Source of the DNA: Halorutilales archaeon Cl-col2-1
GTDB lineage: Archaea; Halobacteriota; Halobacteria; Halobacteriales; Afararchaeaceae
Direction of reading: 5' to 3'
DNA length: 64,000 nt
Assembly (NCBI GenBank): GCA_041891055.1
Contig: CP169074.1
Location: 64,001-128,000 of the forward strand
Part shown: in pieces, positions 9,597 through 20,490 of the stretch
Numbering within the stretch: position 1 is the stretch's first letter
Layout of the letters: each line of letters opens with the position of its first letter
Made by a program: the position numbers and the translations under genes
The notes under the pieces: model-generated
The model's database searches: none
Told to the model about the DNA's origin: nothing
What the model saw: only the letters and a program-made list of their open reading frames with translations

Positions 9597-10658
9597 ATGG
9601 AAGAAGACGAAGGCTTCAGGAAGTCTACGTGGATAAGCCTCCCGAGTGACGTCGTCGTGGGACACGGCGTCCTCGAAGAGGTCACGGACGTTCTCGACAA
9701 GTCGTCTGAGTCGGCTCTCGTCGTGACTTCATCCACGACGCGCGGGATAGCCGGGGACCGCGTCGCGGAGCAACTCGTAGACGCCGGGATGGAGTCGGAG
9801 ACGGTTGTAGTAGAGGGCGCGAGCTTCGACTCGATAGACGACGTGATATCGACCGCGGAGGAAATAGGTGCGGACGCCCTCTTAGGGGTCGGTGGGGGCG
9901 TGCCGATAGATACAGCCAAGGTTGCGTCACACCGTCTCGACGTACCGTTCGTGAGCGTCCCTACGGCGGCGTCACACGATGGAATCGTTTCGTCGCGCGC
10001 CTCTATACCCGACGGCGAGTCGCGTCACTCTGTCGCGGCGTCGCCTCCCCTAGGGGTCGTAGCCGATACACGGATACTCGCCGACGCACCTCGGCGTCTC
10101 ACAGCGAGCGGCTGTGCTGACATAATCTCGAACTACACCGCTGTCAAGGACTGGAGACTCGCACAGCGTCTCCAGAACGCGAGTTACAGCGGATACGCGG
10201 GGGCTCTGAGCGAGATGACCGCCGAGATACTTCTTGACAACGCCGACTCGATAAAGCCCGGCTTGGAGGAAAGTGCGTGGATGGTAGTCAAAGCCCTAGT
10301 CTCCTCGGGCGTCGCGATGAGTATAGCCGGGTCGTCACGTCCCGCGAGCGGGAGCGAACACAAGTTCTCTCACGCACTCGACCGTATAGACTCGAAGAGA
10401 GCTCTCCACGGAGAACAGTGCGGCGTCGGGAGCATAATGATGATGTACCTCCACGGCGATGACTGGGAACGTATAAGAGACGCACTCGAAACCATAGGTG
10501 CTCCGACGACCGCCGACGATCTCGGATTTGGGCGTGACGAGATAATCGAGGCACTCGTGACCGCCCACGAGATAAGACCCGAACGTTACACTATACTCGG
10601 AAGCGGACTCACCCCCGAAGCCGCGGAGAACGTCGCCGAGATTACGGGTGTGGTGTGA
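9597..10658 (+). CDS. egsA: sn-glycerol-1-phosphate dehydrogenase
   Basis: GVGGG..IDTAK, VPTAASHDGI.S, SRPASGSEHKFSHALD, LHGEQCG. Confidence 0.95.
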   Translation: MEEDEGFRKSTWISLPSDVVVGHGVLEEVTDVLDKSSESALVVTSSTTRGIAGDRVAEQLVDAGMESETVVVEGASFDSIDDVISTAEEIGADALLGVGGGVPIDTAKVASHRLDVPFVSVPTAASHDGIVSSRASIPDGESRHSVAASPPLGVVADTRILADAPRRLTASGCADIISNYTAVKDWRLAQRLQNASYSGYAGALSEMTAEILLDNADSIKPGLEESAWMVVKALVSSGVAMSIAGSSRPASGSEHKFSHALDRIDSKRALHGEQCGVGSIMMMYLHGDDWERIRDALETIGAPTTADDLGFGRDEIIEALVTAHEIRPERYTILGSGLTPEAAENVAEITGVV

Positions 10659-10725
10659 ACCGCTCAGGGTCAAGCGGCTTGGAACACCTAACGTCGCAAC
10701 AACAGAAGTCGGTTAGCCTAGGGGG

Positions 10726-10905
10726 TCAATCAGCCGCTTCTAACTGATCCTCGCCGAGACCCGCTATTCTCTCGTCGTCGACCTCGACGGTGTAGGTGTT
10801 GCCTCCGAACATCGTCTCGCTGACCTGTACTACCTCTCCTTCCTCTCCGTTCTTGTCGTGGTACTCGTCCTTGAGGATGATGCTGTCTCCTTTCTCGAAG
10901 CTCAT
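10726..10905 (-). CDS. Small SH3/KOW-like haloarchaeal protein (59 aa, not in the ORF track)
   Basis: Translated by hand: MSFEKGDSIILKDEYHDKNGEEGEVVQVSETMFGGNTYTVEVDDERIAGLGEDQLEAAD; acidic with typical codon usage. Confidence 0.8.
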   Translation of the reverse strand: MSFEKGDSIILKDEYHDKNGEEGEVVQVSETMFGGNTYTVEVDDERIAGLGEDQLEAAD

Positions 10906-10951
10906 ACACGTAGGAAGAAGTCGATGGTCAAAAGAATTTGTTATTCGCTTT

Positions 10952-13000
10952 TTACATCTCGTCTTCTATGAAGCCGCGCGCGTCGTCGATCTCGTCTTGT
11001 GAGAGTTCGAAGGAGCCGTCTGACGACTCGACTCTCAGACCCGACTCTGTGACCTCTCCGATCACGGTAACCTCGAGATCGGTTGTCTCAGAGACAGCGT
11101 CGGCGTCGTCGGTGACAAAGACCACTCTTCCGTAGGTCTCGTCGAAGGGATCTTCGTACTCGACTGAGGCTCCGTTCTCGCCACACATCTCGGCGAGAGC
11201 GACCACGAGACCACCTTCTGAGATGTCGTGTGACGCCGAGACGGATCGAAGGCGCGCTATCTCGACGGTGTCGTCGATTACGTCTCTCGGATCGGCGTCG
11301 GTGCCGTCGACGACGACTACGGAGTCGCCAACGTCGGCTTCCGAGAGGTCTGCGCGCGGGGCGTCGGGGTCGGGTGTCCTTCCGAAGACACCGACGCTGG
11401 GTGTGGGATTTACGGCGGTTCCGAACTCCTCCGACTCATTGTAGAGGGAGACGTTTCCGCCTACGATAGGAACGTCTATCTCGTGAGCCATGTCACCTAA
11501 GCCGCCGACTGCATCGGCGAAGACGCCGTATACATCGGGTCTCTCAGGGTTTCCGAAGTTGAGACAGTCGACCATAGCGATGGGCTCGGCACCCTTGACA
11601 GCGAGGTTCATCGCGTTCTCAAAGACAACGTCGCGCGCGCCCTTCTCGGGGTCGGCGTCGACACGTTTCGAGTTACAGCCCGACGAGACCGCGAGACCCG
11701 TTCCGTCTATGTTGAGAACACAGGCGTCGTCGCCCGGCTTTACGACTGTACGTGTCTGAACCTCGTGGTCGTACTGTCGGTATACCCACCGCTTCGAGGC
11801 GTTGTTGGGGTCTGAGAGTAGGTCGAGTGCGTCCTCCTCCGTGACGTCTCTGTCGGCGTTCGGCGCGTACTCCTCGACGTCGGGCTCCTCTATTCCGAGG
11901 TCGTGTGTCGGCGCGCCGTCGGCGAGATACTCCGCGGGGAGGTCGACGACTGTCTCTCCGTCGAACTCGGCGACGTATCTCTCTCCTTCTGTGACCTCGC
12001 CTATCACAGTCGCTTCGAGGTCGTACTTGTCGGCTATCTCCTCGACAGCCTCGACGTCATCGTGATCGAGTTCGAAGAGCATCCTCTCCTGTGACTCGCT
12101 GAGGAGGATTTCGAGAGCGTTCATCCCTGTCTCGCGGAGATGTACCTCGTCCAGGTCGATACGTGCTCCCGTACCGCCTATCGCCGCCATCTCACTTGAG
12201 GCTCCCGCGAGACCCGCCGCGCCGAGGTCACGTGCCGCCTTCGCGTACTCACGTATTTCGAGTGTCGCGTCTATCAGGAGCTTCTCTGTGTAGGGGTCGC
12301 CGACCTGTACGGCGGGACGTTCCTCTGTCTCTGCCTCTTCACCTAAGTCTTCACTCGCGAACGAGGCACCGCCTAAGCCGTCTCTACCGGTCGACGAGCC
12401 GACTAAGACGAGCTTGTTCCCGGGCTGCTTACATCCCGCAGTCACGATGTCGTCCTTCTGTGCGACTCCGACACAGACGACGTTGACAAGCGGGTTTCCG
12501 TTGTACGACTCGTCGAAGAAGGTCTGTCCTCCGACGGTCGGGACGCCTATCGAGTTTCCATAGTCGGAGATTCCGTCGACGACTCCGTCGAAGAGGTAAC
12601 GCGTCTTCTCCCTCTCGAACTCGCCGAAGTAGATAGTGTCCATCAGAGCTATCGGACGAGCACCCATGCTGAGTATGTCACGGACTATTCCGCCGACACC
12701 AGTCGCGGCTCCGTCGTAGGGATCGACGTAAGAAGGATGGTTGTGGCTCTCCATTCCGACGGCTATGACTGTGTCGTCGTCAGAGCCGGAGTCAGAGTCG
12801 AGTTCGAGGACAGCGGCGTCATCGCCGGGTCCTATGTAGACGTCGTCGGAGTCACTCGGCAGATCGGAGAGAAACATACGCGACGATCTGTAGGCGCAGT
12901 GTTCGCTCCACAGGTTGACGAAGAGTGCTTCCTCGACCTCGTTCGGAGGTCTGTTTAGCTCTTCCTCGACGAGTTCGTAGTCGTCCTCGGAGAGTTCCAT
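10952..13000 (-). CDS. purL: Phosphoribosylformylglycinamidine synthase subunit PurL
   Basis: [54 protein letters not shown]. Confidence 0.97.
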   Translation of the reverse strand: MELSEDDYELVEEELNRPPNEVEEALFVNLWSEHCAYRSSRMFLSDLPSDSDDVYIGPGDDAAVLELDSDSGSDDDTVIAVGMESHNHPSYVDPYDGAATGVGGIVRDILSMGARPIALMDTIYFGEFEREKTRYLFDGVVDGISDYGNSIGVPTVGGQTFFDESYNGNPLVNVVCVGVAQKDDIVTAGCKQPGNKLVLVGSSTGRDGLGGASFASEDLGEEAETEERPAVQVGDPYTEKLLIDATLEIREYAKAARDLGAAGLAGASSEMAAIGGTGARIDLDEVHLRETGMNALEILLSESQERMLFELDHDDVEAVEEIADKYDLEATVIGEVTEGERYVAEFDGETVVDLPAEYLADGAPTHDLGIEEPDVEEYAPNADRDVTEEDALDLLSDPNNASKRWVYRQYDHEVQTRTVVKPGDDACVLNIDGTGLAVSSGCNSKRVDADPEKGARDVVFENAMNLAVKGAEPIAMVDCLNFGNPERPDVYGVFADAVGGLGDMAHEIDVPIVGGNVSLYNESEEFGTAVNPTPSVGVFGRTPDPDAPRADLSEADVGDSVVVVDGTDADPRDVIDDTVEIARLRSVSASHDISEGGLVVALAEMCGENGASVEYEDPFDETYGRVVFVTDDADAVSETTDLEVTVIGEVTESGLRVESSDGSFELSQDEIDDARGFIEDEM

Positions 13001-13066
13001 GTTGTGGTTGTGTTGTGTCTTAGCTGACTTACGCGTTCGTATTCGTATTCGTATTTTACTTCAGAT

Positions 13067-14641
13067 TCAGAGAGAGACGTACTTCGCCGACTTGATTCCG
13101 TCCTCGGATGTGATCTCATCCCTGACCTCACGCGAGACTTCGGAGTCGACGTTTAGGACTATGATAGCCTCTCCGCCCGACGACTCACGCGCGTTGAACA
13201 TTCCGGCTATGTTGATGCCGTGTTCTCCGAGCATCGAGCCGACACGTCCTATCATTCCGGGTCTGTCCTCGTTGTGGATCACGAGCATATGTCCGTGGGG
13301 GAGAGCGTCGACACGGTAGTCGTCGATGTAGACGATCCTCGGCTCGTTCTTTCCGAAGAGTGTTCCCTCGACCTTCGTCTCGTCGCCGTCCTCCGTCCTT
13401 GCTGTGACTGAGACGAGTGAGACGAAGTCCTCCGTATGTCCCGTCTTCGACTCGGTGACCTTGACTCCTCTCTCCTCTGCTAAGACCGGAGCGTTTACGA
13501 AGTTGACGGGGTCGTCGAGTATGGGCTCGAGCATCCCCTTCTGTACCGAGACGGTGAGAGGCGATGTGTCCTCGTCGGCTATCTCTCCGCTGTACTCTAT
13601 CTCAAGCTCCTCGGTGCTCGTGTCGGTTATCTGTGCTGTGAGCTTTCCTAGAGTCTCAGCGAGGTTGGCGTATGCCCTCATCTTGGGGCTTCCCGTAGCT
13701 GCGGGGGCGTTGAGTGCGTTCTCGGCGACGCCTCCCTCTAAGACGTCTATGACCTGTTCGACTATCGAGGTCGCGACGTTTCTCTGTGCCTCCTCCGTCG
13801 ACGCACCGAGATGGGGAGTGACTATGATGTCCTCGACACCGAGTAGAGGCGAGTCCTTCGGGGGCTCCTCCTCGAAGACGTCGAAGGCGGCTCCCGCTAT
13901 CTCTCCTGACTCGACGCCGTCTGCTATCGCCTCCTCGTCGACGACTCCTCCGCGTGAAGCGTGTACGAGACGTGCGTGATCCTGCATGATCTCGACCTCG
14001 TCGTGGCTGATCATGTGGTGTGTCTCGTCTGTGAGAGGAGTGTGTACGGTGATGAAGTCACCACGTCTCAGAACCTCCTCCATCGACGCGAGTTCGGCTC
14101 CGAGCTCCTCTGCACGGCTCTCGCTCACATAGGGGTCGAAGGCGACGAGATCCATTCCGAGCTTCGAGGCTCTCTTGGCGACCTGACCGCCTATACGTCC
14201 GAGCCCGAGCACGCCGAGAGTCTTGTTGTTGACCTCGACTCCTATGAAGTCGCTCTTACGCCACTCTCCGTCCTTGAGAGAGTCGTGAGCCTGAGGTATG
14301 TTACGCGCCATCGAGAGCATCAGAGTCACTGCGTGTTCGGCGGCGGCGACAGTGTTGCCCTCGGGAGCGTTCGCGACGATTATACCTTTCTGTGTCGCGG
14401 CGTCGATGTCTATGTTGTCAACACCGACGCCCGCCCTGCCTATTATCTTGAGGCTGTCGGCGTTCTCGATGACCTTCGGCGTCATCTGTGTCCCACTCCG
14501 CACGATTATGGCATCGTACTCGCCGATCTGAGACGCGAGCTCTTCCTCGGTGAGCTCGGTCTTTATATCGACGGCATACGACTCTCTGAGACGCTCAACG
14601 CCCTCGTCTGAGATCGGGTCGCTGATTAGAACCTTCGGCAT
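13067..14641 (-). CDS. serA: D-3-phosphoglycerate dehydrogenase
   Basis: [28 protein letters not shown]-terminal ASB and ACT domains. Confidence 0.96.
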   Translation of the reverse strand: MPKVLISDPISDEGVERLRESYAVDIKTELTEEELASQIGEYDAIIVRSGTQMTPKVIENADSLKIIGRAGVGVDNIDIDAATQKGIIVANAPEGNTVAAAEHAVTLMLSMARNIPQAHDSLKDGEWRKSDFIGVEVNNKTLGVLGLGRIGGQVAKRASKLGMDLVAFDPYVSESRAEELGAELASMEEVLRRGDFITVHTPLTDETHHMISHDEVEIMQDHARLVHASRGGVVDEEAIADGVESGEIAGAAFDVFEEEPPKDSPLLGVEDIIVTPHLGASTEEAQRNVATSIVEQVIDVLEGGVAENALNAPAATGSPKMRAYANLAETLGKLTAQITDTSTEELEIEYSGEIADEDTSPLTVSVQKGMLEPILDDPVNFVNAPVLAEERGVKVTESKTGHTEDFVSLVSVTARTEDGDETKVEGTLFGKNEPRIVYIDDYRVDALPHGHMLVIHNEDRPGMIGRVGSMLGEHGINIAGMFNARESSGGEAIIVLNVDSEVSREVRDEITSEDGIKSAKYVSL

Positions 14642-14704
14642 GCTGGTTTGTTCCAGAGAAGACGCCTTGAGGCTTTCTATACCTCTCTGGTCTCAGGTTC
14701 GTGA

Positions 14705-14802
14705 GTTCGTAAATCTTGATTTCGTTAGCCCGCGAGAACGGAGTTCTCGGGACGTTCAGAAATCAAAGATTTCTGAGCCCACGAGAGCAAAGCTCTCGGG
14801 AC
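14705..14802. repeat. REP-like array: two tandem 49-bp units, each with two short hairpins
   Basis: gttcgtaaatcttgatttcgttagcccgcgagaacggagttctcgggac / gttcagaaatcaaagatttctgagcccacgagagcaaagctctcgggac. Confidence 0.8.
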
Positions 14803-14813
14803 GCTTCCAAAAT

Positions 14814-14833
14814 TGATTTATACTGATAAATCA
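14814..14833. promoter_or_regulatory. Perfect 8-4-8 inverted repeat (putative operator) over the TATA box of the acyl-CoA synthetase gene
   Basis: TGATTTAT-actg-ATAAATCA containing TTTATA, about 27-31 nt upstream of the ATG at 14848. Confidence 0.6.
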
Positions 14834-14847
14834 GCATTATTCTATAT

Positions 14848-16491
14848 ATGTTAGAAGGCATGGATCTTTCGGGAGTCGAAAGCTACGAAGAGGCGAGGGA
14901 GGAGTTCGAGTGGGAGATCCCCGACAAGTTCAACATGGGTACGGCGGCGATAGACCAGCACGCCGACGACCGCGGAAGGGTCGCCCATTTCTGGGAGAAC
15001 AAGTACGGTGAGAACGAGACGTGGACATTCTGGCAGTTCCAGAAGAGAGCCAACCAGTACGGAAACGCGCTCGACGATCTCGGTATTACACAGGACGACG
15101 TCGTCGCAGTACACGTTCCCCAGCAGCCCGAGACGATAATCGCACATACCGGAACGTGGAGGTACGGCGCTATCTCACTCCCTCTCGCGTACACCTTCGA
15201 GAAGGATGGAATCCGTTACAGGCTCAACGACTCCGAGACGAAGGCGATAGTCGTCCACGAGACGAAGATGGACACTATACGTGAGATAAAGGACGACGTC
15301 GACTCTCTCGAACACATACTCATAGTTGGAGACGGAGAGCCACAGGACGACGACGAGATACTCTTCAACGACTACCTCGACGAGAAGTCGACCGAGTTCG
15401 AGCCCGCCGACACCACACCTGAGGACGACTGTCTCCTGATGTACACCTCGGGTACTACGGGAGACCCCAAGGGAGTCCTCCACGGACACAGGATACTTAT
15501 TGGACATCTCCCCGGCTTCCAGATGCTCCACAACATGGAGATGGAAGGAGTCTACTACACGCCCGCAGACTGGGCGTGGGCGGGAGGAATGTTCGACTGT
15601 CTCGTTCCCGCTCTCTTCTACGGACAGCCCGTTGTGGGTACCAACCTCGGCAAGTTCATACCCGAACAGCAGTACGAGCTCATGGAGAAGTTCGGCATCA
15701 GCCACGGCTTCGTGCCTCCGACGGCTCTCAACATGCTGAGACAGGAAGACGACGACCCCTACGACCTCGAACTAGAGTTCATCGTCTCTGGAGGAGAGTC
15801 GCTCACTCCCGAGGCTCTCGAATGGGGACAGGAACGCGGCATCCATATAAACGAGCTATACGGACAGACAGAGGCGAACCTCCTCGTCGGAAACTGCGAC
15901 AAGCTCTGGGACGTCAAGCCCGGCAGCATGGGACTTCCGTTCCCCGGACACGAGGTCGAGGTCATAGACCAGGATACCCTAGAGCCGTGTGAGCCCCGTG
16001 AACTCGGCGAGATCGCTCTCAAGGCGGACGACCCCGTCAAGTTCAAGAAGTACATAAACAAGCCCGAGAAGACCGAGGAGGTACACGAGGGCGACTGGTA
16101 CCTCACCGGAGACCTCGCCGAGAAGGACGAGGACGGCTTCATCTGGTTCCAGTCGAGAGACGACGACCTCATAATATCGTCGGGCTACCGCATAGGACCC
16201 GTCGAGGTCGAGAACGAGATCATGGAGGTTGAGGAGGTCGCCGAGGTCGCTGTCGTGGGTATACCCGACGAGGTCAGAGGAAACATAGTCAAGGCTTACG
16301 TCCAGGTCGCTGACGGCGCCGAGCCTTCCGACGGTCTCAGGGAGAAGATACAGGATCACGTCAAGAACAACCTCGCGAAGCACGAGTATCCGCGTGAACT
16401 CGACTTCGTCGACGAGTTCCCGAAGACTGCGACAGGGAAGATACGTAGGAAGACTCTCAGAGACCGCGAGATAGAGAAGCAGCAGGATTAG
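14848..16491 (+). CDS. AMP-forming acyl-CoA synthetase (acetate/medium-chain type)
   Basis: YTSGTTGDPKG, YGQTE, TGD, SGYRIGP.EVE, PKTATGKI. Confidence 0.92.
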   Translation: MLEGMDLSGVESYEEAREEFEWEIPDKFNMGTAAIDQHADDRGRVAHFWENKYGENETWTFWQFQKRANQYGNALDDLGITQDDVVAVHVPQQPETIIAHTGTWRYGAISLPLAYTFEKDGIRYRLNDSETKAIVVHETKMDTIREIKDDVDSLEHILIVGDGEPQDDDEILFNDYLDEKSTEFEPADTTPEDDCLLMYTSGTTGDPKGVLHGHRILIGHLPGFQMLHNMEMEGVYYTPADWAWAGGMFDCLVPALFYGQPVVGTNLGKFIPEQQYELMEKFGISHGFVPPTALNMLRQEDDDPYDLELEFIVSGGESLTPEALEWGQERGIHINELYGQTEANLLVGNCDKLWDVKPGSMGLPFPGHEVEVIDQDTLEPCEPRELGEIALKADDPVKFKKYINKPEKTEEVHEGDWYLTGDLAEKDEDGFIWFQSRDDDLIISSGYRIGPVEVENEIMEVEEVAEVAVVGIPDEVRGNIVKAYVQVADGAEPSDGLREKIQDHVKNNLAKHEYPRELDFVDEFPKTATGKIRRKTLRDREIEKQQD

Positions 16492-16611
16492 TGTAGTAGC
16501 TACGCTTTTCTGCTTTCTGCTTTTTAATCACTGTCTTCTGATCGAGCAACAAAGCCAACTTTAATTATATCTCGGGCTTACTTCTTGAGACAGATGGGTG
16601 CAACTTCGGGG

Positions 16612-17457
16612 ATGAGTCGGAGGGAGCGTATACCCTTCGGGCTCGCGACTCTCGACACGATGTTCAACGGCGGCGTTCCGCGCGGAAGCTTCGTACTTCT
16701 GTCGGGAGAGACGGGAGCCGGAGCCCCCGAGTTCGCATATACGAGTGCCGCGATGGTTCTGATGGCGAGACACGCCCCTGACAGGTTCTCTGTCTACCAC
16801 GGCGGTGATGTCGAGGAGTCTAATCTGCCGAGTGACATACATTACCTGAGCTTCACGAGGAGCAAATCGGACGTCCTCAACGAACTCAGGTATGTCCTCA
16901 ATGACGACATGTACGATGTGATGACCGAGAACCTCGTCTTCAGGGACTTCTCGAAGTCGTACTTCCAGAACACAGCGGTTCCGAGGTCTTGGATGGGAGA
17001 GGAACTCAGAGGTCTCAAGGGTCTGGGAGCCTCCGAGAGCACCGAGGGTCTACTGTCGGAGTTCGCCGACTACCTAGACAGAAACGCGGGCGACAACCTC
17101 ATAATAATAGACTCTTTGACGTCGCTCGTGAGGGCGACCAACGTCCGTATAGACTGGAATGATCTCCTCGTTCTCCTAGCAGGTCTCCAGAAGATGTCGA
17201 AGGAGTGGAACGGTCTCATATACGGTCTCTTAGACGAGAAGACTCTCAGCGAGAACAGACACGAGTCTATCTCGGCGACTGTCGACGGTACGTTACATTT
17301 TGAGTGGGCGAAGGGGGAGATGCAGAGACAGAGGACTATGTACATAGGCTCGTTCAGAGGAGCGATGGCTGAGCTCAGCGAAAACGAGAACGACGTCTAT
17401 GAGACGAGCGTGACCGACGAGGGATTCGAGATAAGTAGTATAAGAAAGTACGGGTGA
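16612..17457 (+). CDS. RAD55/KaiC-family ATPase-like protein with degenerate Walker A
   Basis: RIPFGLATLDTMFNGGVPRGS..LLSGETGAGAPEF (no GK[ST]); IIIDSL Walker B. Confidence 0.8.
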   Translation: MSRRERIPFGLATLDTMFNGGVPRGSFVLLSGETGAGAPEFAYTSAAMVLMARHAPDRFSVYHGGDVEESNLPSDIHYLSFTRSKSDVLNELRYVLNDDMYDVMTENLVFRDFSKSYFQNTAVPRSWMGEELRGLKGLGASESTEGLLSEFADYLDRNAGDNLIIIDSLTSLVRATNVRIDWNDLLVLLAGLQKMSKEWNGLIYGLLDEKTLSENRHESISATVDGTLHFEWAKGEMQRQRTMYIGSFRGAMAELSENENDVYETSVTDEGFEISSIRKYG

Positions 17458-17466
17458 GAGAAGAGG

Positions 17467-18351
17467 ATGTCAGACGAAGAAGACGACTTCGGCTTCGGAG
17501 AGTTCGGCGACGACGAAGGCGACACTGGGGAAGAGCCAGAGCCGGAGTTAGAGCGAGTAGACGACGAGGCAGGTGACCTAGGCGATCCGGACGACTGGTT
17601 CCCCGACGTGACGAAGGGGAAGAACAAAGGCGACGAGGAGGATCTGGAGGTCGGAGAGAACCGTATAAGGACGGGTGTCAACGGTCTTGACGAGATGATC
17701 GACCGCGGAATACCCCGCGGAAGCATGATAGCAACCGTCGGAAGTCCGGGTACGGGTAAGACGACCTTCGGGATGCAGTTCATCCACGAGGGACTCTCGA
17801 ACGGAGAGAAATGCGTCTTCTTCGCGCTCGAACAGACCGAGGACTCGGTGAGATCGACCGCCGACAGTATGGGATGGGAGTTCAGCAAGTACGAGGACGA
17901 GGGCTCTCTCGAAATCGTACATATGAATCCCGTCGAGGTTGCCACGAGCCTCAACAGCATACGTAACGAACTCCCGCGTATGCTCACTGACTTCGGCGCT
18001 AGCCGTGTCGTCTTCGACTCGGTGACACTCATAGAGATGATGTTCGACACAGCGGGGGAGAGACGTAACCAGGTCTTCAGGTTCGGAAAGAGTCTCAAGG
18101 ACGCCGGAATAACAGTTCTGATGACGAGCGAGGCGGCGGACGACGACGCCTACAAGTCGAAGTACGGCATAATAGAGTACCTCGCTGACGCCTTCGTAGT
18201 CCTACGTTACGTACGTGAGGAAGGCGGCTCCGGAACACGGATGGCTGTCGAGATAGTCAAGATACGTGACACGTCCCACTCACGCAGCATAAGACCCTAC
18301 GAACTCACATCGGAGGGGATAGAGGTCTACTCACGCGCGAGTATATTCTGA
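17467..18351 (+). CDS. Archaeal KaiC-domain ATPase
   Basis: GSPGTGKT Walker A, RVVFDS Walker B, IEYLAD, EIVKIR..SHSR. Confidence 0.9.
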   Translation: MSDEEDDFGFGEFGDDEGDTGEEPEPELERVDDEAGDLGDPDDWFPDVTKGKNKGDEEDLEVGENRIRTGVNGLDEMIDRGIPRGSMIATVGSPGTGKTTFGMQFIHEGLSNGEKCVFFALEQTEDSVRSTADSMGWEFSKYEDEGSLEIVHMNPVEVATSLNSIRNELPRMLTDFGASRVVFDSVTLIEMMFDTAGERRNQVFRFGKSLKDAGITVLMTSEAADDDAYKSKYGIIEYLADAFVVLRYVREEGGSGTRMAVEIVKIRDTSHSRSIRPYELTSEGIEVYSRASIF

Positions 18352-18419
18352 CTTCTGACCTCTGACACCGGAAAAAACAGATGGAGAAAGCCGAAACCCG
18401 AGTTGGGTTTTAGTTTATC

Positions 18420-18737
<318 letters not shown>

Positions 18738-18771
18738 TTACAAATGATCTTTTAGTATTATAATGTTTACG

Positions 18772-19461
18772 CTACGATGCCTCGAACTCGGCGGAGAGCC
18801 AGTCGGCTGCGTCCTCGACCTCGTCCTCGTCGCCGGAGGTGAGCTTGACGCGCACCTCCTCGCCCTCGCCGCCGGGGTAGCTTCCGACCTGTACGTCGAA
18901 TTTTTGACGCACCTCTTCGAGGTATCCGAGTATTTCGCTCTCGTACATCGTGGTGTAGACGAACCTCGTGTGTCTCTCATCGCCCTCAAACTCGTCCTCG
19001 ACCTTCTCGAACATCGACTTCATCTCTACGGGAACCCCGGGTAAGACATAGACGTTCTCGACTATGCATCCGGGGGCAACGCCCTCGTGGTTCACGACGA
19101 CGCGGCAGTCCTCGGGAAGCTCCGCGGTGGCTTCGAGGCTCGTCTGCCCCGAGTATCCCTCACGCAGATGTTCGAGAGCCTCGTCGTTGAGTTCGAGATT
19201 CTTTTCGAAGGCTTGTGAGACCGCCTCTACTGTGACGTCGTCGTGAGTGGGTCCGAGGCCTCCGGTTACTACGACTGCGTCGTAGAGACTGCTGTGTTCC
19301 CTCACAGTTGACGAGATGACCTCTCTTCTGTCTGGGAGGACACAGATACGTTCGACGTCGACACCGATCTCGGAAAACTGCGAGGCTAGCCACGTCGAGT
19401 TGGTGTTCTGTATGTCTCCGTCGAGTATCTCGTCGCCGACGTTGAGTATGGATACCTTCAA
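18772..19461 (-). CDS. CinA-like molybdopterin-binding domain protein
   Basis: VGDEILDG.IQNTN, VTGGLGPTHDD.T, LPGVP.EM. Confidence 0.88.
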   Translation of the reverse strand: MKVSILNVGDEILDGDIQNTNSTWLASQFSEIGVDVERICVLPDRREVISSTVREHSSLYDAVVVTGGLGPTHDDVTVEAVSQAFEKNLELNDEALEHLREGYSGQTSLEATAELPEDCRVVVNHEGVAPGCIVENVYVLPGVPVEMKSMFEKVEDEFEGDERHTRFVYTTMYESEILGYLEEVRQKFDVQVGSYPGGEGEEVRVKLTSGDEDEVEDAADWLSAEFEAS

Positions 19462-19473
19462 GACGGTGTCTGT

Positions 19474-20385
19474 TTAGTGGTCGTGATCGTGATCGTGTTC
19501 CTCAGCAGCCTGTATGTCCTCTGCTATCTCCTCGGCGGAGACTTCCTCGCCGCCCTCGTTGGGAACGACCTCGGGTCCGAGCCCTCCCATTCCCATGCCC
19601 ATTCCCTCGCCTGCGTCTATCGTCTCTCTCACGACTACCCTGTCGACGTCTAGCTGGTCGATTATCTCCTGTGCGACCTGGTTCTTGCCTATTATCCAGT
19701 TCTGGTTCATCGAGAGCTCGGGGGTCTGTTCTATGTAGAGTGTCTCGACATCGACTTCCTCTTCTTCCTCGATTTCGTCACCTTCGTCGGTCTCGACGAC
19801 CTCTGTTTCGGTCTTCGTCTCGGTGCCGAGCGTGACGTCGACCTCGGCACCAGCGTTGAGTAAGACGAGAGCCTCCGCCTTCTCGACTTTACCTTCGACT
19901 GTGTCGACTACCTCGAAGTCGTACTCTATGTCCTGTCCTGCGAGGGGGTGGTTGAAGTCGACTCTCGCGCGTCCTCCGACGACTGTCTCTATGTAGCCCT
20001 GCTGTCCGTCTACCTCGACCTGAGCACCGGGGTAACGGTTCTCCTCGTCTATCTTCTTGACGTTGACGGTCTCGACGTTCTCGGGATCGTACTCTCCGAA
20101 TGCGTTCTCCGCCGAAATCGTGATCTCTCCCGAGTATCCGACGTCCTCACCGACTATCTCGTCCTCGACCTCCTCGAATATCTGTCCCTCTCCAACTATG
20201 ATGGGCTGGGGCTCGAAGGATCTACCCTCTTCGTCGAGTCCCTCTTCATCTGCGACCTCCTGTCTCGTGGTGTCGACGACTGTTCCTTCCTCAGTCGTCG
20301 CGGTGTAGTCTACGAGTATGAAGTCTCCTTCCTGAATTCCGGACTGCGTCTCGTCTTCGGACTCGTCGGCTTCTTGTTCAGTCAT
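19474..20385 (-). CDS. Long-type FKBP peptidyl-prolyl isomerase
   Basis: GDFILVDYT..VVDTT, AFGEYD, VDFNHPLAG; acidic tail ending HDHDHDH. Confidence 0.92.
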   Translation of the reverse strand: MTEQEADESEDETQSGIQEGDFILVDYTATTEEGTVVDTTRQEVADEEGLDEEGRSFEPQPIIVGEGQIFEEVEDEIVGEDVGYSGEITISAENAFGEYDPENVETVNVKKIDEENRYPGAQVEVDGQQGYIETVVGGRARVDFNHPLAGQDIEYDFEVVDTVEGKVEKAEALVLLNAGAEVDVTLGTETKTETEVVETDEGDEIEEEEEVDVETLYIEQTPELSMNQNWIIGKNQVAQEIIDQLDVDRVVVRETIDAGEGMGMGMGGLGPEVVPNEGGEEVSAEEIAEDIQAAEEHDHDHDH

Positions 20386-20490
20386 AGAGTAAGACAGACG
20401 GCTTAGATACTTAATCTGTTTGTTTGTTAAGCCACCAAGAGAGACGAGCCGTGGAGGTTAAGTGTGACCGCGACCTACTTCTCCGTAGTT

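Noticed and set aside
14705-14802. Mini-CRISPR array
   Set aside because: Only two adjoining units with no unique spacers, no leader and no cas genes.
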